Positions 55,680-64,000 of a DNA stretch of 64,000 bases are shown here, piece by piece (positions within the stretch are counted from its first letter, which is position 1; every line of letters starts with the position of its first letter). Made by a program: the position numbers and the translations under genes. This stretch comes from an uncultured Actinomycetota bacterium (GTDB lineage: Bacteria; Actinomycetota; Actinomycetes; Mycobacteriales; QHCD01): positions 320,846 through 384,845 of the forward strand of contig CAVZJT010000007.1 in assembly GCA_963775655.1 (NCBI GenBank), given 5' to 3'. A model generated the notes under the pieces. That model saw only the letters and a program-made list of their open reading frames with translations, searched no databases and was not told the DNA's origin.

Positions 55680-56852
55680 GTGACCGCCCACCGGCGCGTC
55701 CTCGTGGTCGCGGTGGCGGCGATGATCGCCGGACTCGTTGCGGCGCTCTTCAGCATCACCTCGGCATCGGCGTCGACCGGCGCCGGCTCCGCACCACGCC
55801 CGACGGCGCCGTACGTGCCGGGAACCGACGGGCACCTCCCGAACCACCCCGGTGGCATCACCCCGAACCAGGCCGGTGACCCGACCGGTGCCCACTTCGG
55901 CCAGTACGACCCGAGCGCATGGGGATGGGCGTGGGCCAACGGAGCGATCCCGTTCTCCTACGCGGGTCACTCCTTCCCGCAGGGCGTCGCCAACGCCGAC
56001 ATCGCCACCATCGATACGAAGATCCTGAGCATCATCGTGCCGCGCATGCGCGAGCGGCTGTGCTACCAGGGCGACTGCTGGGGCTATGAGGCCCGCAACA
56101 TCGCCGGCTCGTCATCGCACTCCTTCCACGGCTACGGTCTCGCCCTCGACGTGAACGCTGCGACCAACGGACAGACCACGGCACCCATGTCCACCAGCAC
56201 GACCACCCTGCCGCTGAACACCGGCGCCCTGATCCGGCCCTACGGCGCGGAATGGGGCGGCGACTGGTCATCGAATTCGCCGCGCGACCCGATGCACATC
56301 GAGATCCACCTCTCACCTGCCGGCGCGGCCGGCGTGGCGGCGAGGATCCGGGTCGGCAGCCCGCTCAAGGGCCCGGCGTATGCGCACTTCGGTTCGACGG
56401 TGACCCTGACCGGCGTGGCGCCGGCGAACACGAACCTGAAGGTCTGGCTGCATCGGCGTGGCCCGGCCGGCTACACCGCCCACACCGTCGCGGTCAACAG
56501 CTTCGGGGTGTGGACCCTGCGCTACCTCGCCGCCGATGACTACCGATACCACGTCACGACCTCCGGCCACCTGCACGAGGGTCTGACCCAGATCGACACC
56601 ACCCTCAGCGGACCCGCGCACGCCGCGCGCAACTCGACGGTGACCTTCGGCGGCCACGGCCGGCCGTCGACCACCCTGACGGTGTGGTTCCACAAGGCCG
56701 ACACCAACGGCTACACCGCCCGGCGCACCATCACCGTGACCGGCAACGGCGTGTGGCGCACCACGTACGTCGCCAACGCCGACTACCGCTACTACGCCGT
56801 CGACAACATCACGGGTCGGGCGTCCAGCTTCGGGCTGACCCAGGTCGGCTGA
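55680..56852 (+). CDS. Secreted M15-family (VanY / D-Ala-D-Ala carboxypeptidase-like) metallopeptidase with two C-terminal ~70-aa repeat domains
   Basis: The signal peptide ends in ASA. Zinc ligand pattern SHSFHGYGLALD...DPMHIE. Tandem repeats occur at GPAYAHFGSTVTLTG..DDYRYHV and GPAHAARNSTVTFGG..ADYRYYA. Confidence 0.65.
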   Translation: MTAHRRVLVVAVAAMIAGLVAALFSITSASASTGAGSAPRPTAPYVPGTDGHLPNHPGGITPNQAGDPTGAHFGQYDPSAWGWAWANGAIPFSYAGHSFPQGVANADIATIDTKILSIIVPRMRERLCYQGDCWGYEARNIAGSSSHSFHGYGLALDVNAATNGQTTAPMSTSTTTLPLNTGALIRPYGAEWGGDWSSNSPRDPMHIEIHLSPAGAAGVAARIRVGSPLKGPAYAHFGSTVTLTGVAPANTNLKVWLHRRGPAGYTAHTVAVNSFGVWTLRYLAADDYRYHVTTSGHLHEGLTQIDTTLSGPAHAARNSTVTFGGHGRPSTTLTVWFHKADTNGYTARRTITVTGNGVWRTTYVANADYRYYAVDNITGRASSFGLTQVG

Positions 56853-56862
56853 CGCACCCCGG

Positions 56863-57595
56863 TCACCGCACGATGCGGCCGCGGCGCAGGGCAAGCACGC
56901 CGGCAGCGACACCGAGCACGGCGATCACCAACGCGATGATCGACAGCGTGAGCGCCGTACCGGAGCCGGAGGCCGCCGGCGCCGAGGACGACCACGTGGG
57001 ACTCGCCTCCGGCGGTGCCCGTCTCGGGCGTCGCTCCCGCCGGGCTGAGTGTCAATGTGGGCGCGGGGTGCTCGGGTTCGGGTGCACCCGGTGCCGCGAC
57101 CTGGATCCACCGCACGACGGTGCCGTTGCTGTAGGTCTGTAGCGCAGGGAACCGGAGCGACGTCGTCTTGGGCAGCGGCTCGGCGGAGATCGAGAACTCG
57201 CCGAACTCGCCGGGCTTGATGGCACTCGCCGCGGAGTCGGCCTTCCACGCGATCTGGGTCACCGCAGTGGTGACCGGTCCGTCGTCGGTCTGGATCGGCT
57301 TGGCCAACTTCGCCGTCGTCACCCGGAAGGACCATCCCGGCTGCGGCTGCACCGCCACGCTGGCGATCGGGGTGGCCCGCGGGAGGGCGACGCGCAGCGC
57401 GGTCGTCGAGGCGTTGTCCACCTCCGTCGGTACCCGGAAGGTGATCTTGGCGGACCCGCCCTGGGTCGGGGTGTCCGCATTCACCGTGACATGCGCGAAG
57501 GCGGGTACGGCGGCGACCACCACCAAGGTCAGTGCGGCGAGAGCGACCAGCCCGAGCCGGGTGAGCGAGCGGGCGGGTTTGCGATGTGCGGCCAT
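56863..57595 (-). pseudogene. YcnI-like (DUF1775) copper-binding protein, frame broken once (about 56965-57005)
   Basis: Signal peptide ..PAFA followed by HVTV.. (N-terminal His). The body is conserved up to ..TGTAGGES. The expected C-terminal anchor SGSGTALTLSIIALVIAVLGVAAGVLALRRGRIVR* is in the next frame. The break behaves as one extra base. Confidence 0.7.
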
Positions 57596-57630
57596 GAGCC
57601 CTTCCTTCGGAAGCCTGTCCTGGATCGGTG

Positions 57631-59415
57631 TCACTGCACGGGAATGGCGACGCGGAAGGTGGTCGCATCGAATGCGGAGGTCTGCACGCTGACATCGAGG
57701 TCCCATCGGCCGGACACGGCGAAACTCGTCATGGCCATCGCCTGCCCGGCGGCGGTGCGGGTGAAGTGCACCGGCACGGGACCGACGTGGTGTGCCGGAA
57801 GGGACAACGCACCGGTGACCTGCTGAATGGGTTGCCGCCGACCGGATGGCGTGTCGGCGCGTAGCTGGATCATCGCCATACCGGTGCGCGCCGGATCGAC
57901 CGTCACCTGCAAGCGGGTCGACGTTGCGGCGACGGTGGTCTGGAAGTGCGGTGCATAGGTCTCCTTCGCCTGTGCGGTGTTGACCAGGACCGTGCTCACC
58001 ACCAGCACCGCCAGGCCGATCACGACCTCGCCGACCAGGCCGCGGCGCAGCCCCGCCAGCCGGATGCGTGCCGGGTCCGCGTGCCGCGTCGTCGGGGGCG
58101 GGTCGACGACCGGCGGCACCGGACCGTCGGCGTGCGCGACGAGGCGCGGGGCGAACCACCGCACGGAGTTGGTGTCGAGGTAGTGCCGGTGCACCCAGCG
58201 CCGGGCCAGGTTTCCGAGTCCGATCAGGACGAGGAAGCCGCCCATCTTCGCCAGCAGCAGCCGGCCGTAGACGGTGTCGACCAGAGCCGGCCAGGACCCG
58301 ACCTCACGCCAGGACTGGAAGACGCCGGTCGCCGCGATCAGGATCACGGCGGTGAACGCCAACCGCGAGTAGCGGGGGAGGACGACGGCCAGGTCGGCGG
58401 CCCGCGACCGGACGGCGAGGCAGTCCACGAGGAGCGCCAACCCGCCTATCCAGACGGCGACCGCGGCCAGATGTACGACGTCGCTGGTCAGCGTCAACCC
58501 GCTCAGCGTGTCGTCGGCGGCGTGCCCGGAGACCGCGAAGGTCACCAGGATGGCCACCGAGACGGCGAGCCCGGCGCCGAGCAGCCACCGCGGTGGTTGC
58601 CGCTGCGCCGGGCGGGCCGCGACACCGGCGGTCACCGGACGCCGGGAGAAGGCGAGCGCCAGCAGCGCCGCGAGCATCAGCAGCAAGGTGATCCGGGCCA
58701 TCGACGCCGTCCCGAACCGGGTCTCGATCGTGGTCGACAACAGCCCGGAATCGAACAGCCGTCCGAGCCCGGCACCGGCTCCGTAGGGACCCTGCAGGAG
58801 CAGCCCACCAGCCGTACCCGCGACCAGCAGGCCCCATCCGGTCCACACCAGGACCCGGGCCCGACGCACCCGCCGGCCCGCCGGCCACAACGCGAACAGC
58901 ACCACCGCGCTGCCGAGGCCGAGCACGATCCCGACGAATCCGGCCAGCCGCGTCGCGCCCAGCAGTACGCCGACGGTGGTGCTCCCGCCGCCACTGCTCC
59001 GCGCCGTACCGGCGACGGCGCTGGGATGTCCGACCGAGAAGGTGAAGCCGCCGGAGACGGGGTGCGAATCGGCCGAGATGACTCGCCAGGTGACGGTGTA
59101 GGTGCCGGGACGCAATGCCGGCCGGAGCGAGACGCCGACCGAGTCGGCGCGGCCGTCGGGATGATCGACCGCACCGTGATCGACCCGGCGCAGCCGGTCG
59201 TCGTACACCCGTACGGCGCCGGGCGGGACGATCACCGGCTCGCCGAAGCGGAGCGCGACCGCCTGCGGTGCGGTGCGGACGACCGAGCCGTCGGACGGGG
59301 TGGTGCTCTCCAGTACCGCGTGCGCGCCGGCCGGGCGGCTGACCGCGCCCACGGCGATCGCGCTACCGGCACCGACCAGCAGCAGCGCCGCGGCGGCCCG
59401 CCCGCGGAGCCGGCG
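57631..59415 (-). CDS. CopC-CopD fusion protein (YcnJ-like copper transport/resistance protein); the 5' boundary is unresolved because the ORF continues upstream to 59781
   Basis: The signal-like segment RRLRGRAAAALLLVGAGSAIAVGAVSRPAGA is followed by HAVLESTTPSDGSVV..YTVTWRVISADSHPVSG (CopC). Then come about 8 TM helices (CopD) and a C-terminal soluble domain. There is no ATG/GTG/TTG immediately upstream of the signal segment. The nearest in-frame GTG/TTG codons lie about 27 codons upstream, inside the anti-sigma TM4 region (CVLLW). Confidence 0.7.
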   Translation of the reverse strand, partial: RRLRGRAAAALLLVGAGSAIAVGAVSRPAGAHAVLESTTPSDGSVVRTAPQAVALRFGEPVIVPPGAVRVYDDRLRRVDHGAVDHPDGRADSVGVSLRPALRPGTYTVTWRVISADSHPVSGGFTFSVGHPSAVAGTARSSGGGSTTVGVLLGATRLAGFVGIVLGLGSAVVLFALWPAGRRVRRARVLVWTGWGLLVAGTAGGLLLQGPYGAGAGLGRLFDSGLLSTTIETRFGTASMARITLLLMLAALLALAFSRRPVTAGVAARPAQRQPPRWLLGAGLAVSVAILVTFAVSGHAADDTLSGLTLTSDVVHLAAVAVWIGGLALLVDCLAVRSRAADLAVVLPRYSRLAFTAVILIAATGVFQSWREVGSWPALVDTVYGRLLLAKMGGFLVLIGLGNLARRWVHRHYLDTNSVRWFAPRLVAHADGPVPPVVDPPPTTRHADPARIRLAGLRRGLVGEVVIGLAVLVVSTVLVNTAQAKETYAPHFQTTVAATSTRLQVTVDPARTGMAMIQLRADTPSGRRQPIQQVTGALSLPAHHVGPVPVHFTRTAAGQAMAMTSFAVSGRWDLDVSVQTSAFDATTFRVAIPVQ

Positions 59416-60052
59416 GGGCGACGCCGTCGTCGGATTCCGCTTGCGCCGGACGGGAGCGGAACCGTGGCCGGACTCGCCACGGGCGATCAGCCACAGCAAC
59501 ACGCACCCCGCCACCGCGAGCAGATGCGGCGCCTCCTCGCTCACCTGGGTGCGCCCGGCGGCGAGATCGATCCCGGCGGTGGCGACCAGCGCGACGGCGG
59601 CGACACCCACGAGCGGCGCCATCCCGGCCGCGCGGGCGGGACGGAAGACCGCGACGAGGAAGCCGACCGCCAACGCGAGGTCGAACGACCCGAGCTCGTG
59701 CGCCACGTGCATCGGCGTCGAGTGGTCGTGGCCGAAAACGAGCACCGGGATCGTGACCGCGAGCTGCGCCGCCGCGACCACCGCCAGGCCGATCCGGGCC
59801 AGCCGCCGACGGCGCGACCGGACCGGGTCGTCGGCGGTGAGAACAGCGGCCGCGATGTCCTCGGCGCGGTCGGGTACGTCGGGCGTCGCGAGCGAGGCGG
59901 GCCCGCCGGGTCACCGCGACCGCGGCCGATCGCCATTCCCGGCAGGCGACGCACGTCTCGAGGTGCCCGCGCAGGTCGCGCAGCGGCACCGCTGGGTCCG
60001 CACCGTCCAGCTGCGCCGAGGTCGCCTCGCGCGCCTTCTCACACGTCAGCAC
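59416..60052 (-). pseudogene. zf-HC2 anti-sigma factor with multi-TM C-terminal region. The frame is broken once (about 59885-59892) and no stop separates it from CopC-CopD.
   Basis: The N-terminus from ATG 60052 (MLTCEKAREATSAQLDG..LRGHLETCVACREW) carries the H-x3-C-x2-C motif. After the break it continues as TPDVPDRAEDIAAAVL..RLARIGLAVVAAAQLAVTIPVLVFGHDHS..HELGSFDLALAVGF... Confidence 0.5.
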
Positions 60053-60153
60053 ATGCAGATAGTCGTCCGACGGCGTCGTGCGGTTCCCACCGACCGGCGG
60101 GTGGGTGGGGGTGCCTCCCGCCGTTGCGCCGCGCTCCGCTTACGGTGGCTCCC

Positions 60154-60756
60154 GTGGATCCGCTGACCGTGGTGCTGTCAGCGGCTGGCCGTGGGGATCA
60201 CCAGGCGCTCGTATCGTTCATCCGGGACACCCAGGCAGATGTGTGGCGTTTCGCCGCGCACCTCGTGGACCCGCAGAGCGCCGACGATCTCACCCAGGAG
60301 ACCTACCTGCGCGCCGTACGTGCGGCGCCGTCCTTCGAGGGTCGCTCGTCCGCGCGCACCTGGCTGCTGGCGATCGCGCACCGCGTCTGCATGGACGAAC
60401 TGCGCGCGCGGACCCGGCGCCGGCGCCGCGACGCCCTGCTGCCGTGGGTCGGTCCTCCCCGGGTCGAACCCGACGTCGCGGGCGAGGTCACCGCGACCGC
60501 GCTCCTCGCTGATCTCGACCTCGACCGGCGTACCGCCTTCGTGCTCACCCAGCTGATCGGGCTGTCCTACGAGCAGGCGGCGCAGGCGTGCGGCTGCCCG
60601 GTGGGCACCATCCGGTCCCGCGTCGCGCGGGCGCGGGCCGACCTGGTGCAGGCGCTGGACGCCGACCATGTCGTCACCCTGCGTCCGGTCCGGTCCCGTC
60701 GGTCGACGCCGGACCGGCCCGTAGCTCCACGCAACACGCTCCGGGCCGAGGGTTGA
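60154..60756 (+). CDS. sigC: ECF sigma factor, SigC-like
   Basis: Contains ..VWRFAAHLVDPQSADDLTQETYLRA..RSSARTWLLAIAHRV.. and ..CGCPVGTIRSRVARARADL. To my recollection this closely parallels M. tuberculosis SigC. The start is ambiguous (TTG 60124, GTG 60145 or GTG 60154). Confidence 0.7.
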   Translation: MDPLTVVLSAAGRGDHQALVSFIRDTQADVWRFAAHLVDPQSADDLTQETYLRAVRAAPSFEGRSSARTWLLAIAHRVCMDELRARTRRRRRDALLPWVGPPRVEPDVAGEVTATALLADLDLDRRTAFVLTQLIGLSYEQAAQACGCPVGTIRSRVARARADLVQALDADHVVTLRPVRSRRSTPDRPVAPRNTLRAEG

Positions 60757-61424
60757 GGATGGCCTGCACGGTCTGGGCGTGCAACCCGCCGAGAAAGCCG
60801 GCTCAGGAAGGCGTGGTTGATGCCGCAGACGACCTGCGGCGCCTGCGCCGCCAGCGGGTGGAACGGGCAGTTCCGTAACCGCACACACAGCGGTTCGTCG
60901 CGGGTCGGGTCGAAGCCGCGCTCCCGGAGTACGCGCTCGGCAAGGGTGAGGGCGCGTTCGGCGCCGAGCCGGCCGGCGCGGCTGCGGTGCCGCTCCTCGG
61001 CGCCCAGGGTCTCGCCGTGGCTGCGCGCCACCTGCATCGCGGACTGCATCGCGCTCCCGCCGGCGGGCTCGGCGACGAGCGCGTCGACCAGGATGTCGGA
61101 CAGGTCCTCGTGCCGGCGGGCCGGAATGCTCACCCGGACGTCGAGGTCGGTCGGCCGGTAGGTCTTCGGGGTGCGCCCGACCCGGCCGGGTCGCTCCGGC
61201 TCGTCGTACGCGGCCCGGAGCAGGCCCACGTCGACGAGCTTGTCCAGATGGAATGCGGCCAGCTTGCGGGAGATCCCCACGGCGCTCGCCGCGTCCTCCC
61301 GGGTGACGGGTCGGCCGGCATCGCGGATGTAGGTGAACATGCCGCGCCGCAGGTCGTCGTCGAGTGCCGCGACCGCCCGGATCGACGCTCTCGAATCCGG
61401 TCCGGATCCGGCGTACCCGATCAA
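60674..61424 (-). pseudogene. Winged-helix (ArsR-like) transcriptional regulator with C-terminal NCPFH..C..CC domain, frame broken once (about 60798-60803)
   Basis: The sequence ..RRGMFTYIRDAGRPVTREDAASAVGISRKLAAFHLDKLVDVGLL.. runs up to ..VCGINHAFLS. The conserved end GFLGGLHAQTVQAILNPRPGACCVELRAG..* is in the next frame. The break behaves as one extra base. Confidence 0.55.
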
Positions 61425-61529
61425 CCATCACCGACCCAGGTTACGCCTATCTCGATGTGCGAAACCCTTCAACGAGCAGTATTCCTCTTCCACTTGACCG
61501 GGCCGCCGGAATATGACCAAGATAATTGG

Positions 61530-62145
61530 GTGAAAACAGCCGAGCTTCCCACGGTCCGCCCGGATCTGCACGTGCTTCCGCAGCCGGACCAGGTCGACCT
61601 CGTTGCGGCGGAGCGGGCGGCCGAGGCGTTTCTGCGGGCGCTCGGTGTGGCCCCGGACACCGAGTCCCTCCGCAACACCCCGGCCCGGATGGCCCGCGCG
61701 TACGCCGAGTTGTTCACCCCGCGGCCGTTCGACCTGACGACGTTCCCCAACGACGAGGGCTACGACGAACTCGTCCTCGCCCGACGGATTCCGCTCCGGT
61801 CGGTGTGCGAGCACCATCTGCTGCCGTTCATGGGGGTCGCGCACGTCGGCTACCTGCCGGGGGAGCGGATCCTCGGGCTGTCCAAGCTCGCCCGGGTCGT
61901 CGAACGCTGCGCGTCGCGGCCGCAGGTGCAGGAACGGCTCACCAAGCAGGTCGCCGAGTGGCTCGACAAGCCGGCTGCGGCCGCGCGGCGTCGGCGTCGT
62001 GATCGAGGCCGAACACACCTGCATGACGCTGCGCGGTGTCCAGGCGGCCGGATCGAGCACGGTCACCTCGACATTGCTCGGCACGCTGCGCGACGACGCA
62101 CGCAGCCGGCAGGAGTTCTTCGCCCTCTCCGGCGTACACGCCTGA
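61530..62145 (+). pseudogene. folE: GTP cyclohydrolase I (FolE type 1), frame broken once (about 61968-61973)
   Basis: The sequence ..[30 protein letters not shown]...GLSKLAR.V......[10 protein letters not shown] runs up to ..EWLDK. The conserved end [23 protein letters not shown]...* is in the next frame. The break behaves as one extra base. Confidence 0.75.
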
Positions 62146-62164
62146 GCGACGCCGGCGATGACCG

Positions 62165-63151
62165 CTAGGCGATGTCGGCGATCGCCGGCGCGTCCTCGGC
62201 GCCCTGGAAGGTACGGCGGTAGGCCATCGGCGTGGTGCCCACCTGCTGGCTGAAGTGGTGGCGCAGCAGGTCGGCCGCGCCGAACCCGCTACGCCGCGCG
62301 ATCTCGTCGACGCCGAGCCCGCCGTCCTCGAGGAGTTGCTGGCTCAGCAGCACCCGTTGCCGCGTCAGCCACTGGTGCGGGGTGGTGCCGGTGGCGGCGG
62401 CGAACTTGCGGGCGAAGGTGCGCGACGACATGTGCGCCCGGGCGGCCAGGCCCGCGACAGTGATCTGTTCGTCGAGATGCGCCTGCATCCACGCCAGCAG
62501 TGGCGCGAGGTCGTCGCCCACGGCCACGCCGACCGGAACGGGGGTCTGGATGTACTGCGCCTGCCCGCCGTCGCGGTGCGGCGGCACGACCATGCGGCGG
62601 GCGATGCCGTTGGCGACCTGCGCGCCCAACTCGCGGCGTACGACGTAGAGGCAGGCGTCGATGCCGGCGGCCGTGCCGGCGCTGGTGATCACCGGCCCGT
62701 CGTCGATGTAGAGCCGGTCCGCCTCGACCTCCAGGCACGGGTAGCGCTCGGCCAGCGCGTCGGCGTCGTACCAGTGACAGGTCACCCGCCGGTCGGCGAG
62801 CAGGCCCGCCCCGGCGAGCAGGAACACGCCGGAGCAGACGCTGAGCACGGTGGCGCCGCGGTCGACCGCGGCGTGGAGCACGTCGACGATCTCGGTCGGG
62901 ACGGGAACGTCGTCGGTCCGCCAGGCGGGAATCACGACCAGGTCGGCGCTGGCGGCGCGATCGAGCCCGTGCCCGACCTGCATGGTCATGCCGCCGGTGA
63001 CGGGGAACGGTCGGTCGTCCATCGCGCAGACCGCGAAATCGAAGGTGGGCAGACCCTCGGCGGACCGGTCGAGGCCGAACACCTCGCACGCCACAGCGAG
63101 CTCGAAGGGGTGAACCGACCCGTCCACGATCGCGACCACGTCCTGAAGCAT
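62165..63151 (-). CDS. GlxA-family transcriptional regulator (DJ-1/PfpI domain plus AraC HTH)
   Basis: Contains ..SVCSGVFLLAGAGLL..TSAGTAAGIDACL.. and a C-terminal AraC-type HTH (..SSRTFARKF....G.TP..W...R...). Confidence 0.85.
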   Translation of the reverse strand: MLQDVVAIVDGSVHPFELAVACEVFGLDRSAEGLPTFDFAVCAMDDRPFPVTGGMTMQVGHGLDRAASADLVVIPAWRTDDVPVPTEIVDVLHAAVDRGATVLSVCSGVFLLAGAGLLADRRVTCHWYDADALAERYPCLEVEADRLYIDDGPVITSAGTAAGIDACLYVVRRELGAQVANGIARRMVVPPHRDGGQAQYIQTPVPVGVAVGDDLAPLLAWMQAHLDEQITVAGLAARAHMSSRTFARKFAAATGTTPHQWLTRQRVLLSQQLLEDGGLGVDEIARRSGFGAADLLRHHFSQQVGTTPMAYRRTFQGAEDAPAIADIA

Positions 63152-63225
63152 GTTGGCAGTATATACGCGGAGGCTGTCAGTTCTGCCACTTCTGCAGTCA
63201 CGTCGAGCCGCGCATGCTCAGTGGC

Positions 63226-63594
63226 ATGACGAATCTCGTGCTTGTCACCAGCCTGATTTCGCTCCTCACCGTCGCGGTGTGGCGCTATGGCGCCGACAGC
63301 CGGGACGGCCGCGACTGGCAGCGGGCGGCGGACCCGGCCGTTGCGGGGCGGGCGCCGTACCGACGGGCGCACACGCCAGCCGCGGATCTCGTGTCCGTGG
63401 GGCGATCGATCCGCCGGCTCGTCGCCGCGATCGTCGAGTTCCACCGGGCGCAGACCGATCTGTGGGAGCGCTACCACGCCGCCCAGCGGCCCTGGGAGAC
63501 CGAACGGCTCCATTGGGCGCGTACCCGTCGCGGCTGGGTCCTGCGGGGCCGGTGCGCCCCGACCGCGCCGGCCGGCCGAACCCCCACCCGCTGA
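63226..63594 (+). CDS. Hypothetical small membrane-anchored protein
   Basis: One N-terminal TM helix followed by RYGADSRDGRDW. I recall this as a recurrent actinobacterial hypothetical motif. The start may be 63214 or 63226. Confidence 0.4.
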   Translation: MTNLVLVTSLISLLTVAVWRYGADSRDGRDWQRAADPAVAGRAPYRRAHTPAADLVSVGRSIRRLVAAIVEFHRAQTDLWERYHAAQRPWETERLHWARTRRGWVLRGRCAPTAPAGRTPTR

Positions 63595-63617
63595 GCTGTC
63601 TCTCCTTTGCGCCGATC

Positions 63618-63641
63618 GGCGCCCGCCTTCGGGTGGGCGCC
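63618..63641 (+). terminator. GC-rich hairpin with a TTCG tetraloop 24 nt after the stop
   Basis: GGCGCCCGCC-TTCG-GGTGGGCGCC forms 10 bp with one G-U pair. No U-tract. Confidence 0.35.
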
Positions 63642-63671
63642 GATAGACGTGTCGTGGGCGAGCCGCGCGGG

Positions 63672-63732
63672 CGACATCGGACGCCGTACTCGCAAATCGC
63701 CGGGATTTATGCGAGTAGAGCGTCCTACGTCG
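63672..63732 (+). repeat. 61-nt hairpin repeat, family 1, copy 5 (GGACGC stem allele)
   Basis: CGACATCGGACGCCGTACTCGCA - 15 nt - TGCGAGTAGAGCGTCCTACGTCG. Confidence 0.8.
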
Positions 63733-63763
63733 GGTGGGCATCCTGTCCGCCCCGGGCGCGGCG

Positions 63764-63824
63764 CGACATCGTGCGCCGTACTCGCATCCGGGGGCCATTT
63801 GTGCGAGTAGGACGCACGATGTCG
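63764..63824 (+). repeat. 61-nt hairpin repeat, family 1, copy 6 (GTGCGC stem allele)
   Basis: CGACATCGTGCGCCGTACTCGCA - 15 nt - TGCGAGTAGGACGCACGATGTCG. 21 of 23 positions are paired. Confidence 0.85.
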
Positions 63825-63879
63825 GCGACTGGAGGGTCGGAAACAGCGGCCCCGGCCATCGCGGCGCTACGCTGGTGAC

Positions 63880-64000
63880 ATGGTCCTGAGAATCCTGGGC
63901 ATCGTGCTGGTTGTCTGGCTGGCGTTCGTCATCATCGGCCTGCTCGTCAAGGCGCTGTCCTGGCTCTTGGTGGTCGGTCTGGTCCTTGCCGGGGCCACGC
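63880..64000 (+). CDS. Start of a membrane protein (3' end outside the window)
   Basis: ATG 63880 is followed by a strongly hydrophobic stretch (MVLRILGIVLVVWLAFVIIGLLVKALSWLLVVG..). Confidence 0.3.
   Translation, partial: MVLRILGIVLVVWLAFVIIGLLVKALSWLLVVGLVLAGAT

Noticed and set aside
55470-55680. Integrative element boundary (att site) next to tRNA-Glu
   Set aside because: Only a 9-nt match (GCCGGTTCG at about 55546) to the tRNA T-arm was seen. No integrase, excisionase or convincing direct repeat is present in the window. I kept it only as a low-interest note on the AT-rich patch.
57946-60153. Upstream 730 codons of the 936-aa ORF that ends as the SigC-like sigma factor
   Set aside because: Only the last ~200 residues look like a sigma factor. 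The upstream part is antisense to copCD and the anti-sigma gene and is low-complexity Arg/Gly/Pro/Asp.
61513-61533. Tiny ORF ATG ACC AAG ATA ATT GGG TGA just before folE
   Set aside because: It has only six codons, no ribosome-binding site and AT-rich promoter-like surroundings. It is more likely part of the folE promoter/5' UTR.

Overview
High-GC (roughly 70%) actinobacterial chromosomal window that is mostly core metabolism. The gene order resembles the Mycobacterium ligA / gatCAB / cfp6 / ilvBNC / serA / leuB / FAH-gltX / tRNA-Gln-tRNA-Glu region. Around this backbone sit: a carotenoid cluster (crtYc/Yd, crtB, crtI, plus an embedded MptB-like membrane glycosyltransferase); a sulfate-assimilation and siroheme block (sirA, cysX-like, cysH; divergent cysG-like and ferrochelatase); ilvD, ilvE and cimA; an mscR / MBL-hydrolase pair; GH2 and GHL6-type glycosidases; and a copper module (SigC-like ECF sigma, zf-HC2 anti-sigma, CopC-CopD, YcnI). 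I found no transposase, integrase, CRISPR/cas, phage or recognisable defence genes.

Four things are not explained by ordinary gene annotation:
1. Several families of intergenic palindromic/hairpin repeats. The main one is a 61-nt hairpin with fixed 23-15-23 geometry. It has 6 good copies and 1 decayed copy, compensatory stem changes and hypervariable loops.
2. Two leader-peptide/terminator attenuators of matching design, one upstream of ilvB and one upstream of cimA.
3. An anti-sigma reading frame that runs without a stop into CopC-CopD, next to a divergent SigC-like sigma gene.
4. Thirteen reading-frame breaks in ten otherwise well-conserved genes. Every one behaves as a single extra base. 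This looks more like an insertion-biased sequencing/assembly artefact than real decay, except perhaps one GNAT gene that carries four of them.

All functional calls come from reading the translated ORFs against remembered family signatures. No database search was run.
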